A stretch of DNA of 64,000 bases from an uncultured Candidatus Saccharibacteria bacterium (GCA_964353135.1 CAYGTV010000002.1:1125-65124), one strand, 5' to 3'. Positions 20,467 through 29,882 are shown, numbered from the stretch's first letter. Translations and numbers: made by a program. Notes: generated by a model from the letters alone, not told the origin.

Positions 20467-21189
20467 TTACTCGTCAGTAGGTGAAATGAACCGCTCATAT
20501 AACACTCGAAACGTGTCATCGTCAAATGAAGAAAAAATAGCGTCTTTGGTATTACCATCGGTAAACGTTAGGCTTGGCACATCACGCACCAGCACGATTG
20601 GGGTACACTCTGCTACCTCACCCATCAGCAAACCAGCCGCAGCTGCGATACCGTCGACTATATTTGACCGCTCGTATTTCATCTCTCTGCCAAACAAATC
20701 CTTTTCACCGATATGGTCCTGCAGTGGTTCAATCCCCCACCAACCGATTGCTACAGCAGTAGCACCATAGCGTAGTGGCAGCGAACGGCTGTCAGTGATG
20801 ACAATTCCCAGCTTGCTTAGACCAGTTTTTTGCAAGAGGTGCGCATGCAGACGCTGCGCGCTAGTAAATGCGTCCTTGGGGAGCAATGTTAGATATTCCC
20901 CACTGTTACTCTCATCTACCCCAGCGGCACCAATAAACGCCCCCCGAGTGATCGTGAGAGGGGTTGGCCAGTATAGACGGTCTATGATTAGATCCGCTTC
21001 ATCTATGACGATTTGTTCTTTATCAGAACTATTTTTATTAACACACCTCCCCTCATGGATAGCAATCACTTTAGAACTAATAACAACCACATCAGTCTCG
21101 CAGAGCGGGGGTAGAACTCGATCTAATTCGGTATAAAAATCATCCTGTGGTGGCTGCATGATTTTAGTTTGTATCGGGAATAGTTGCAT
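20467..21189 (-). CDS. CofE-like (F420-0:gamma-glutamyl ligase family) protein
   Basis: GAAGVDESN and IVITDSRS motifs of the PF01996 family. 240 aa. Confidence 0.45.
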   Translation of the reverse strand: MQLFPIQTKIMQPPQDDFYTELDRVLPPLCETDVVVISSKVIAIHEGRCVNKNSSDKEQIVIDEADLIIDRLYWPTPLTITRGAFIGAAGVDESNSGEYLTLLPKDAFTSAQRLHAHLLQKTGLSKLGIVITDSRSLPLRYGATAVAIGWWGIEPLQDHIGEKDLFGREMKYERSNIVDGIAAAAGLLMGEVAECTPIVLVRDVPSLTFTDGNTKDAIFSSFDDDTFRVLYERFISPTDE

Positions 21190-21202
21190 GCGGATATCGT
21201 AT

Positions 21203-21238
21203 CAAAAAAGCCCGGCGCGTGATACGCCAGGCTTTTCA
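21203..21238 (-). terminator. terminator after the 21257..21847 gene
   Basis: Stem agcccggcg/cgccaggct followed on the minus strand by TTTTTTGAT. Confidence 0.45.
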
Positions 21239-21256
21239 AGATCTGAGGGGTTGCAG

Positions 21257-21847
21257 TTATTCGGCAGCTATGCGACTAAGTTGATGAGTAAGCATAGTGA
21301 GAATAACAGGTCCAGCCACATGATGTGTCCGGAGTGGCTGTAAGAGCAGAGTGGTGCGTGCATGGTCAGTAGGGGCTAGCTGAAGGATTACTGGGCGAAA
21401 AGCTGATATTCCTAGAGGCATTCTGCACCTGATGGTAATTTCATTTATTTGTTCCCAAACAGAAATATTGGGACGATTTCGATCACTTACCAACACAAGC
21501 TCTCTCCAAACCTTATGGCCCAATATCCGAGCTGAATCATCATCCAGTTTGGCATCTTGCCTTGGACCAAAAAGCGGTGCTGGAAAATAATCTGGCATGA
21601 CAACGCAGATTTCATCATGCCGATTCACGTCTTTGTCTGCTCCAAATGGAACAAGTACGAACACAAACTGAGTTCGACCCTTCTTTGCTTTTCTCGCCTT
21701 ATTCGCAGATGGACGTTTGATATTTCTCAAAAATTTAAGTGACACCCGTTTTCCTTTTCTAATTGTGGCTGCTCCAAAAAGCTCTGCGTTTTGCTCTACG
21801 ATGAACTTTCTACCCCATGTGACGAACGAACCTCCCATTTCTTTCAC
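21257..21847 (-). CDS. hypothetical basic protein (196 aa) in the position where rplA normally sits
   Basis: No L1 motifs. Lys/Arg-rich N-terminal region. Confidence 0.45.
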   Translation of the reverse strand: MKEMGGSFVTWGRKFIVEQNAELFGAATIRKGKRVSLKFLRNIKRPSANKARKAKKGRTQFVFVLVPFGADKDVNRHDEICVVMPDYFPAPLFGPRQDAKLDDDSARILGHKVWRELVLVSDRNRPNISVWEQINEITIRCRMPLGISAFRPVILQLAPTDHARTTLLLQPLRTHHVAGPVILTMLTHQLSRIAAE

Positions 21848-21907
21848 AGAAAGAAAAACAACCTGGAATCTACCGATTCCAGGTTGTTTTTCAGTTCCAT
21901 TGAGTGA

Positions 21908-22333
21908 CTACTCTGTCACCTTTATCCCCATACTGAAGCAAGATCCTTCTACGATCTTCATTGCAGCTTCGATAGAAGAGGCATTGAGGTCAGGCATCTT
22001 TTCTTCGGCTACTTCTCGCACTTGCGCTTTGGTAATTGACCCTGCACTAGAAACCAAGTTCTTGCTTGATCCTTTATCTTTTCCGATCTTTTTTAGGATC
22101 AGTCGTGACATTGGTGACACTTTGACGATAAAATCAAATGTTCGGTCATCGTACACACTAATTACAGTTGGTACTACTTCCCCCATTCGCTCTCGGGTTT
22201 GGTCGTTGAATTGGTTTACGAACTCACCGATGTTGATTCCGGCTTGTCCCAGTACCGGTCCAAGTGGTGGAGCTGGAGTAGCTTTTCCACCAATTGCCTG
22301 TACTTTGATTTTTTTTACGAGTTTTTTAGCCAT
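21908..22333 (-). CDS. rplK: 50S ribosomal protein L11
   Basis: MAKK...IKVQAIGGKATPAPPLGPVLGQ. 141 aa. Confidence 0.9.
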   Translation of the reverse strand: MAKKLVKKIKVQAIGGKATPAPPLGPVLGQAGINIGEFVNQFNDQTRERMGEVVPTVISVYDDRTFDFIVKVSPMSRLILKKIGKDKGSSKNLVSSAGSITKAQVREVAEEKMPDLNASSIEAAMKIVEGSCFSMGIKVTE

Positions 22334-22423
22334 AAGCTTAATTTAAAATTGTGCGGACAGTGACCGTCCATAAGTCACTCCCCTGAAGCCCCGGTACAAT
22401 ACCGAAATTATTGCGTTTTGGCA

Positions 22424-22456
22424 AGAGAAAAGCTGCTCCATGAGCAGCTTTTCTCT
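22424..22456 (-). promoter_or_regulatory. perfect 14-bp palindrome in the nusG-rplK spacer (attenuator/terminator-like)
   Basis: agagaaaagctgct c-catg-a agcagcttttctct. Confidence 0.4.
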
Positions 22457-22468
22457 TGTGTTGTAGTG

Positions 22469-23017
22469 TTAGTTTGCTTTTTTAACCTGTAGGAAGTCTA
22501 ACTCGACAGGAGTCTCCCGCCCAAACATACTCACAAGGACTTTTACCTTTCCAGATGCCTCGTCAACCTCTCCAACCTTTCCTTCCAGGTCTTTAAATGG
22601 ACCATCGGCGATAGTCACCATGTCGCCTGCTTCTAGGTCAACTTTATGAGTTGGAGTATCACTCTCCATCTTCCTCATGAAGGATTCGTATTCAGCCTCT
22701 GTCAACGGAACTGGCTGGGTTCCTGATCCCACGAACCCCGTCACTCGTGGAGTGTTTCTAACCACAAACCATGACTCGTCGTTTACGATCATATTTACCA
22801 GCACGTACCCTGGAAATACTTTTTCTTCTTCTACCACTCGTTTTCCGCCTTTGACGCGGATCTTTTTTTCAGTTGGAACCACTACGTCAAAAATAGAGTC
22901 GTTCATGTTGAGTGAATCAATTCTTTGTTTGAGGTTACGCGTTACAGCGTTTTCGTACCCACTGTAGGTGTGGATCGCGTACCAGTGTCGCTCTCCGTCA
23001 CTTTGTTGCTTGGCCAT
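22469..23017 (-). CDS. nusG: transcription antiterminator NusG
   Basis: NGN domain (WYAIHTYSGYE) and KOW domain (GDMVTIADGPFKDLEGKV). Confidence 0.9.
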   Translation of the reverse strand: MAKQQSDGERHWYAIHTYSGYENAVTRNLKQRIDSLNMNDSIFDVVVPTEKKIRVKGGKRVVEEEKVFPGYVLVNMIVNDESWFVVRNTPRVTGFVGSGTQPVPLTEAEYESFMRKMESDTPTHKVDLEAGDMVTIADGPFKDLEGKVGEVDEASGKVKVLVSMFGRETPVELDFLQVKKAN

Positions 23018-23021
23018 AAGA

Positions 23022-23210
23022 CTAGAAGTTGATTACGATGTAGTTGATAAATTGACCAAAGAGATAGTCAAAAGCCCCAGCATATAGTGCCGTTAGGACA
23101 GAGATAATAATCACTAGCAGTGAATAAAATGCAGCAGTTTGACGGGTTGGCCATTTAACTTGCTTCATTTCAGCAGCGGTAGCTTTGAGGTAATTTGCGA
23201 ATTGATCCAT
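23022..23210 (-). CDS. secE: preprotein translocase subunit SecE
   Basis: 62 aa, single TM, KWPTRQ motif. Immediately upstream of nusG. Confidence 0.8.
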   Translation of the reverse strand: MDQFANYLKATAAEMKQVKWPTRQTAAFYSLLVIIISVLTALYAGAFDYLFGQFINYIVINF

Positions 23211-23294
23211 AAAATTTGTAATTAATTTGTTTCAAAAAAACCGCCCTCAGGCGATTGATTTATTTACTCACAGTATACAGCGGGCATTTAAAAA

Positions 23295-23327
23295 GTAAAG
23301 AGCGGCGCCTATGGCGCCGCTCTTTAC
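23295..23327. terminator. bidirectional terminator
   Basis: Stem gtaaagagcggcgcc/ggcgccgctctttac. Confidence 0.55.
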
Positions 23328-23341
23328 TTATATACGGGACC

Positions 23342-24133
23342 CTAGCGAACCTCGTACGTGATTGTCACTCTTGAAATCGTCTGCTCCTCTCCCATTGGAA
23401 GTTCTGCCCCACCAAACCCTGATTCTGACATGTCATCATATGCCATAGTTCGATTCATGTATGGTGATGGTGCGTACCGCGCATCTTCTTCGTAATAACC
23501 AGCAATCTTTACTAGGTCAAGCCCTAGGTCTTTTGCTAGCTTGGCTGCTTTTTCTTTTGCGTCCTTGATAGCCTCGGATCTTGCCTCCGCCAGCAACGCA
23601 TCTGTGTCGTCAACTACAAAATCAAGTCCACTGATGTTGGTCGCTTCACGTTCCCCCACACCGGTAATAATCGCACTTGCTTCATCGGTGTTTCGCACTT
23701 TTACTTGAACCGACTGATTAACCTCAAAGCCAGTCTGTACCTGTTCACCGCGCTGACAAAGTTGTCCTGGTAGACAGATCTGTTCTATCCAATCGTATTT
23801 TGGGTACAGATTGTAGTCAAGAGTCTTGATGTCTTTTTCTTCTACTCCTGATTCCCGCAAGAACGCGATGATGTCATTAACCGCTGTTCCTGACTGCTCT
23901 TGAGCAGTTGCGGCATCATCTGCTTCCGCTCTAACAGAGAACGTGAACTGTCCAATGTCTGGTACTGCTAGAACCTCCCCTTCTCCCGTGACTGAGATAG
24001 TGGTCGGCATTGGATCGGCATATTTCATTTGCTCAAAATTGAGCGACGCGTATGAACCAAGTGCAATGAGAGCCATAAACACGGTTAGACCACCAAGCAA
24101 TCGCATTGGTGTGTTTGAAAATAATGAATTCAT
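23342..24133 (-). CDS. SIMPL/DUF541 (YggE-like) periplasmic protein
   Basis: N-terminal signal/TM and a SIMPL-family pattern. 263 aa. Confidence 0.6.
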   Translation of the reverse strand: MNSLFSNTPMRLLGGLTVFMALIALGSYASLNFEQMKYADPMPTTISVTGEGEVLAVPDIGQFTFSVRAEADDAATAQEQSGTAVNDIIAFLRESGVEEKDIKTLDYNLYPKYDWIEQICLPGQLCQRGEQVQTGFEVNQSVQVKVRNTDEASAIITGVGEREATNISGLDFVVDDTDALLAEARSEAIKDAKEKAAKLAKDLGLDLVKIAGYYEEDARYAPSPYMNRTMAYDDMSESGFGGAELPMGEEQTISRVTITYEVR

Positions 24134-24135
24134 AA

Positions 24136-25080
24136 TTATAGTTTAGCTAAAGCCTCTCGAATAAACCTTCTGACGGTGGCGGCAAAACCTTGGTCAGAAC
24201 ATTCTGTTTGGTAGGCAGCAATGTCGACAGCAGTTGGAACTGGAATCTGATCAAGTTCGTCGTCAAGTAAATAGTACATCAGCGCAGACGGATCCTCAAC
24301 GTGCTCAATGCCTAGTGCATGACCAAATTCATGCGCCAAAACTGTTATTAACTCAAATTGGTCAGAGAATTTATAGATATTGATTTCGCCGCCACGGTAA
24401 TCCCCTTGGGTAAACTCATGGGCTTCTCCGTACAGCCTGTTGTAGGTTCTGACTTCGTTGTTGTACGTTTCAATCAAACGGTTCCCTTCGTTACTTAATT
24501 CATTGAGCTGCCTAGCAAGTGAATTAAGAGCATTGGATTCAGACCGTAGTTCACTTGACTCGTTTTCCAGCGCGACTCGTTCTTGTTCAAGTACCGCAAA
24601 GGCTGCCGGAGTAGCTCCACCTCGATCGTTGGCTTGACGTACAGCATCGTTGTATGACTCCAGACGCTCATCGTAGTTTGCTTTGCTTGTCTGAAACTGA
24701 GCGTTGCGGTTTTCATAGGTGGTCTGCAGCTCTGCAATCTGTGCCCTAAACTGGTCATTTTGGACTGCGATACCATCTAGACGCTCCCGGTCTGCCGTCT
24801 GCGCGTTGGCAGTCTCCTGTCGCTCATCAAATACAAAGTTGATAGTGAAATCTGCGGCGTCGTTATACACAAATAAATCTTGTTCAGCAACATTTTCCCA
24901 GACCATTGCAGCTTCCTCTATATATTGTTTTGCCTCTGCTTCTGTAATAGAAAAAGATTCGTCAATCACCCCCAAGCGGTAGTTGATCGGTATTGGACAG
25001 ATATAGCGGGTACTTTGGTACCACTGAGCACCAGCCAGAGACAGTGTGACTGTAAGTGCAAGCAGAAATGAAAAACGCAT
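24136..25080 (-). CDS. matrixin-type zinc metalloprotease with a coiled-coil region
   Basis: HEFGHALGIEH followed by a Met-turn (ALMY). Signal peptide from the ATG at 25080 (MRFSFLLALTV). Track ORF runs to 25221. Confidence 0.6.
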   Translation of the reverse strand: MRFSFLLALTVTLSLAGAQWYQSTRYICPIPINYRLGVIDESFSITEAEAKQYIEEAAMVWENVAEQDLFVYNDAADFTINFVFDERQETANAQTADRERLDGIAVQNDQFRAQIAELQTTYENRNAQFQTSKANYDERLESYNDAVRQANDRGGATPAAFAVLEQERVALENESSELRSESNALNSLARQLNELSNEGNRLIETYNNEVRTYNRLYGEAHEFTQGDYRGGEINIYKFSDQFELITVLAHEFGHALGIEHVEDPSALMYYLLDDELDQIPVPTAVDIAAYQTECSDQGFAATVRRFIREALAKL

Positions 25081-25479
25081 AGATACAGAAGCAAACCATA
25101 TTCCACCAGAAATGACAACGGCGCCTAGCGGGGACTGCGTAGTCGCGATACGTAGTCCCTGATAGGCGCCGCCATCTTGGATGTTTACACATCCAATATA
25201 GAAACATGTTCGCAAGAGCAAAAGCTCTTACTGCACTTATAATACCCCACTAGAATAGAAAGTTTGAAAGCTTTCAACAGGTTAAGGAGATTTAACGAAT
25301 AGCGTAGCTACGACTATAAATTCCTTAGGCAGGCGCTTAGCCAGATTCGACCTACCAAGGGAAAATATGGGTGCAGCGGTCCGGCAAAGAAACTTTCAAT
25401 TTTGACAAAACCCAATCCACAGTTACAAATTGTTATCAACATAGCAGCCGGGCTGCTATGACCTATAATTAGATACAGA

Positions 25480-25628
25480 AACAGCCGCATAATTCATATC
25501 ACCGTCGAGCAATTATTATCCGTTGCTCACGGCCATAGTTCCCTAAAGGAACGTTCACAGTCTCGCCCGTCTACCTGCAAAAGTTTGGGGGTCACCGAGT
25601 GAACGATGATATGAATTATGCGGCTGTT
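25480..25628. repeat. 149-nt element bounded by 22-bp perfect inverted repeats, just downstream of the nrdA stop
   Basis: aacagccgcataattcatatca ... tgatatgaattatgcggctgtt. Confidence 0.5.
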
Positions 25629-25637
25629 TTCTTTGTT

Positions 25638-27332
25638 CTACTCCTTCTTCCCTTCTGCCTCTAGCAACCGCTTGCGGACCATTTGTTGGGCGGCGTTCAT
25701 ACTGTGTTGGTAGTAGAGTGCCTTACATCCCTCTTTCCAGGCTTTGATGTATAGCTGGTTGATTTCTTTTACCGGAGTCCCTGGAGCCACCATTACGTTG
25801 AGTGACTGACCTTGATCGATAAATTTCTGTCGATCAGCTGCGCGGGCTACCACTGCTGTCTGGTCGATCTCGGCAAAGGTTCGATACACGGCTTTTTCTT
25901 CTTCGGTCAAGCAATCTAGGTGTTGTACAGACCCATCAGCGTCGCGGATACTATCCCAAACTTCTTTGGTGTCTTTACCCTTTTCTGCGAGGAGGACTTT
26001 GAGGGTTGGGTTTTTAATTACTACCTTCATTTTAGCTACGTCTTTGATGTAACAGTTACTCCAGATTGGCTCAATCCCCTGTGACACCTGCCCAAGAATA
26101 AAGGCAGACGATGTGTTTGGCGCAATCGCCATCGTGGTTGCGTTACGACGGCCATAACCCTTCATCACTTCTGGCTCACCAAGTTCAGCCGCAAGTCGCT
26201 CACTTTCTTCGTATGATTTCTTGTGAATATTCTCAAAGATTTCTTTGTTCAATTCAGCCGCTTCTTCACTATCAAAGGCTAGCCCTTTGTATTGCAAAAG
26301 TGAGTGATACCCAAGTGCTCCTAGGCCAAGTGCTCGGTTTGCTTTGGCAAAATTATATGCGTGTTCTAGGAACCTAAATGCAAGTGCTTTGTCTGCGTGT
26401 TCTGAGTCTCGCATTGCCTCTAGTTTTTCGATGAATTCGGTCATGACTGCATCCAGCAGCTGGACCATTGTTTCTACTAGATCAGTGTCTTTCCAATCAT
26501 CATAGTGACGCAGGTTGATAGAAGACAGACAACATACAAATGACCAGTCGTCTTTGCTTGGAAGCATGATTTCACTACACACGTTACTGGCGTAGATTTT
26601 GAGATCTTGTTCTTTGTGCGCTTCTACCCGCTGGTCGTTGGCGTTGTCCACGAACATGATGTACGGGTACCCGATTTCACCCCGTCTTTGGATAATTTTG
26701 GCCCAGATTTTTCGCTTGTCTTCATCACCAGCGATCATTTCTTCCATCCACTTGTTCCCCACTGTTACCGCGTGATTGATTTTCTGGATTGGGTTTCCTT
26801 CGGTACCGATGTCGAGGTGCTCTAGAATGTCTGGATGTTCTACCGGCAAGTACGCAGCAAAAGTACCGCGACGAGTAGCTCCCTGACTTACAACATTTAA
26901 AATCGTTTCAAACAGCTGCATGAAGTGAACCGGACCAGAAGAGTACCCGTTGTTTGTGATATCTGCCCCACGTGCCCGTAGTGCACCAAAGTACGCAGAC
27001 GTTCCTCCACCATACTTACTCATCATCCCCACCTCACCCTGAGTATGCAGGATGTTTGCCATGTCATCTGGTACATACGATCCAAAACAACTAATCGGCA
27101 GACCTCGCTCTAGTCCAAAGTTGGTCCACACTGGTGTCGCCAAAGAAATCCAGCCTTTTGACATGTAGTCAACAAACTTTTCCTCAAATTCTGGCTTACC
27201 CAGGATTTTGGCTGCAGTTTCTCCGATTTCCTTTGCTCGACCTTCGGGGGTTTGCCCCTCGATCAAATAACCTCGCGACAAAAACGTGCGACTATTTTCG
27301 TTCAACCAGTACCAAGGTTCCATATTGCTCAT
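25638..27332 (-). CDS. nrdA: ribonucleotide reductase catalytic (alpha) subunit, cone-less, atypical C-terminus
   Basis: NVCSEI active-site region. No ATP-cone. No C-terminal Cys pair seen. 564 aa. Confidence 0.75.
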   Translation of the reverse strand: MSNMEPWYWLNENSRTFLSRGYLIEGQTPEGRAKEIGETAAKILGKPEFEEKFVDYMSKGWISLATPVWTNFGLERGLPISCFGSYVPDDMANILHTQGEVGMMSKYGGGTSAYFGALRARGADITNNGYSSGPVHFMQLFETILNVVSQGATRRGTFAAYLPVEHPDILEHLDIGTEGNPIQKINHAVTVGNKWMEEMIAGDEDKRKIWAKIIQRRGEIGYPYIMFVDNANDQRVEAHKEQDLKIYASNVCSEIMLPSKDDWSFVCCLSSINLRHYDDWKDTDLVETMVQLLDAVMTEFIEKLEAMRDSEHADKALAFRFLEHAYNFAKANRALGLGALGYHSLLQYKGLAFDSEEAAELNKEIFENIHKKSYEESERLAAELGEPEVMKGYGRRNATTMAIAPNTSSAFILGQVSQGIEPIWSNCYIKDVAKMKVVIKNPTLKVLLAEKGKDTKEVWDSIRDADGSVQHLDCLTEEEKAVYRTFAEIDQTAVVARAADRQKFIDQGQSLNVMVAPGTPVKEINQLYIKAWKEGCKALYYQHSMNAAQQMVRKRLLEAEGKKE

Positions 27333-27392
27333 GTGTGTATCTTTCAGTTATTTTCTAATCGCGACAGACTCTGCTTATTGTATGTACCTATT

Positions 27393-28706
27393 TTAGAACA
27401 AATCATCACTTGTGACACTTGCGGTTCGCTTACTATAGTTGACTGATCTTTTGTCAAAGAAGTCTACGTGTTTGGTGGCGATCACTTCGTTGTCAAACCA
27501 ATCTGTCTCCTCGAGTAGTGCATCACTTACTTCAAAGATCCGCGGCATGCCAATGGCTGCAAGCGAGTTGTTGAACCGATGCTTTACAAATTCTTTGACA
27601 TTAGCTGCAGGCAGGAAGTCCAGTTCACCGGCTTCAAAAATCCAATCGATGACCTTGCTTTCAGCTTCGTATGCCTCCAAACAAGCCTGGGTGATCTGCG
27701 CTTCGGTTTCTGCGTTAAACCACTCTGGGTGTTCGTCCCGGATGATGTTGATCACATCGATCCCAAACATACCGTGCAGGTTTTCTTCTTTGCTGGTTGC
27801 CTCTACTGCGTTACTGATCCCTTTAAACACGTTTTTGTGTTTGTTGAAACTCATCATGATCAAGAACTGAGAAAACAGCGATACGTGTTCAACGAACAAT
27901 GAAAACAACATCACCGCCTGAGCGTATTCTTTGTCGTCTTTAGTTTGTGCTAGCTCACCAACCTTTCCAAGGTACTCCATTCGTTCCTTGATCACCGGAA
28001 TGTTTTTGATGTTAGCAAACTCGTTGTTAAGACCAAGAATCTCGAGCAAGTGAGCGTAGGCGTCGGTGTGTCGCACTTCTGATTCAGCAAATGTTGCACC
28101 GACAGCACTAATTTCCGCCTTGGGCATTTTCTTGCCAATATCACCCCAAAAGTTTTTCACCGCCACTTCAATCTGTCCGATTGCCAACATGGTGTTTTTG
28201 ATTGCATTTCGCTCAACGTCGTTAACATCCACATGGAAATTTTGTACGTCTCCAGTGAAGTTGAATTCAGTGTGTACCCAGTATGAGTGTCGAACCGCAT
28301 CTACGTACTCGTATAGTTCCGGATATTCGTATGGCTTGAGGTTCATTCGTGAAGCAAAGATGTCTCGCTCTCGCAGTTTCTTGCGAGCATTTCGGAAAAT
28401 GATATATGCCTTGGCAGTGACAAAGTAATCCTTCTCCATCAACGCTTGCTCGACCAGGTCTTGGATTTCTTCCACGGCAGGACTTCCATCAATGCACTTA
28501 TTAGCAATTGCACTTCCTTCTTCTGCTGTTCCGGCCTGAACACACATCGCGACAACTTTTTGATGAGCTAGCTCAGCCACCTCAGTTGCATCTTTTCGGT
28601 CTCCTTCGCCTGTTTCTGCTAACGCCCGAGCGATGGCATCAACAATCTTTTCAATGTCAAAAGGCTGGGTTTGACCGTCTCGCTTACGAATTTGTTGGAT
28701 TTTCAT
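27393..28706 (-). CDS. nrdB: ribonucleotide reductase beta (radical-generating) subunit with an N-terminal ATP-cone fusion
   Basis: N-terminal IRKRDGQTQPFDIEKIVDAI (ATP-cone) followed by a ferritin-like diiron core (ESEVRH, VEH, ENLHG). Confidence 0.8.
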   Translation of the reverse strand: MKIQQIRKRDGQTQPFDIEKIVDAIARALAETGEGDRKDATEVAELAHQKVVAMCVQAGTAEEGSAIANKCIDGSPAVEEIQDLVEQALMEKDYFVTAKAYIIFRNARKKLRERDIFASRMNLKPYEYPELYEYVDAVRHSYWVHTEFNFTGDVQNFHVDVNDVERNAIKNTMLAIGQIEVAVKNFWGDIGKKMPKAEISAVGATFAESEVRHTDAYAHLLEILGLNNEFANIKNIPVIKERMEYLGKVGELAQTKDDKEYAQAVMLFSLFVEHVSLFSQFLIMMSFNKHKNVFKGISNAVEATSKEENLHGMFGIDVINIIRDEHPEWFNAETEAQITQACLEAYEAESKVIDWIFEAGELDFLPAANVKEFVKHRFNNSLAAIGMPRIFEVSDALLEETDWFDNEVIATKHVDFFDKRSVNYSKRTASVTSDDLF

Positions 28707-29070
28707 ACGTGGTTATAAAGTGTGGTGATTGATTGCGACTGAATAATTAACATCATGTATAGAAGTTAGCTGTGGAAGAAATGAACCTGTACAAGACAGG
28801 AACGTAGATAACGTCTATCAATGATGGACTACGAAGCACACACGAACCTAATTCGCGACCTAAATGATTAGGAAATTAGTGTGCCACCTCCGACACACAA
28901 GAGAAGCCACCTTCTCTTGCTGTTACTCTATCCTAACATTTTCTTGATTCTCGTAATCCACACATGTTTCAAAAAAACCTTTATTTTTCGTTAGTTATCC
29001 ACACTGGACAAAACAGGACACTGGAAAGCATTAGCTGCCTAGACTAGCGTGACAATAAAACTGTTGTACA
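28707..29070 (-). promoter_or_regulatory. ~360-nt untranslated leader upstream of nrdB-nrdA
   Basis: No credible ORF. Contains GTGTG..CACAC and GATA..TATC inverted repeats. NrdR-box-like half site cacactttataacc next to the start. Confidence 0.3.
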
Positions 29071-29077
29071 AACAAAA

Positions 29078-29112
29078 AACGCCCTGATTCTTTGAAATCA
29101 TGGCGTTTTTGT
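29078..29112. terminator. terminator after mscL
   Basis: Stem aacgccctgatt/aatcatggcgtt with flanking A/T runs. Confidence 0.5.
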
Positions 29113-29123
29113 CACTACCTAAA

Positions 29124-29492
29124 TTATCTTTTCAGATTGTCTCGGATCTCTTTCAAGATATCAAGTTCAGTTGGACCAGCTGGGGCTGGTTCTGCTTCTT
29201 CTGCTGGACCTTGGGCTTTGTTGATGGCTTTTATAACCAAGAAAATAACAAACGCTATGATCGTAAAGTCGATGATAGCTTGGATAAATGCACCGTAGCC
29301 AAACACCGCCTCCCCTACTGCGTATGACATATCGGAGAAATCAATGCCACCAAGGAACATTCCTACTAATGGTGTAATCAAATTATCAACCAGTGAAGAA
29401 ACAATCTTCCCAAACGCTGCTCCGATAACCACGGCTACTGCGAGATCGATGACATTTCCTTTCATCGCAAACGCTTTAAATTCCTGCAACAT
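29124..29492 (-). CDS. mscL: large-conductance mechanosensitive channel
   Basis: [27 protein letters not shown]. 122 aa. Confidence 0.9.
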   Translation of the reverse strand: MLQEFKAFAMKGNVIDLAVAVVIGAAFGKIVSSLVDNLITPLVGMFLGGIDFSDMSYAVGEAVFGYGAFIQAIIDFTIIAFVIFLVIKAINKAQGPAEEAEPAPAGPTELDILKEIRDNLKR

Positions 29493-29672
29493 ATATATAT
29501 GTATATTATTTAGTAAATAAAGTTGTGACTATAGTATAGCCTGTGTTACAAAAGCGTCTAGAACAATAACCGAGCAGCATAAAACCCGATCCCTGCCCCA
29601 AGCACAAACACTAGAGCCAACACAATAACCAATGATTCTTTTCCCATATGATAAGTATACCGTGTAAAAGAC

Positions 29673-29701
29673 TCGACTTTTAGTATAAAAATAGGTATAA
29701 C
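29673..29701 (+). promoter_or_regulatory. candidate sigma70 promoter for tRNA-His
   Basis: TCGACT, 17-nt spacer, TATAAC, about 45 nt upstream of the tRNA. Confidence 0.3.
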
Positions 29702-29746
29702 TATGGCCACCACGGAAGACATCACAACTGTCTTCCCACGGCACAT

Positions 29747-29820
29747 GGCGACTATAGTATAACGGTTAGTGCACCGGTTTGTGGTACCGGCAGTTCGGGT
29801 TCGATTCCCGGTAGTCGCCC
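29747..29820 (+). tRNA. tRNA-His(GTG) with encoded G-1
   Basis: Manual fold. G-1:C73; acceptor GCGACTA/TAGTCGC; D stem with two G.U pairs; anticodon stem CCGGT/ACCGG with loop TTGTGGT; T arm TCGGG-TTCGATT-CCCGG. CCA not encoded. Confidence 0.85.
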
Positions 29821-29882
29821 TAAAGTCAAAAGACCAATTGAACTCTTTGTTTGAATGGTCTTTTGGTTCCATTAGACGAAGT

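Noticed and set aside
25520-25560. 5S rRNA-like fragment (cggccatag)
   Set aside because: Only a 9-nt resemblance. The rest does not match 5S conserved helices. It is interior to the inverted-repeat element.
29529-29872. Track ORFs 29529..29744 (-) and 29558..29872 (-) as coding genes
   Set aside because: They run antisense across the tRNA-His gene and its promoter region. No SD. They are explained by the tRNA.
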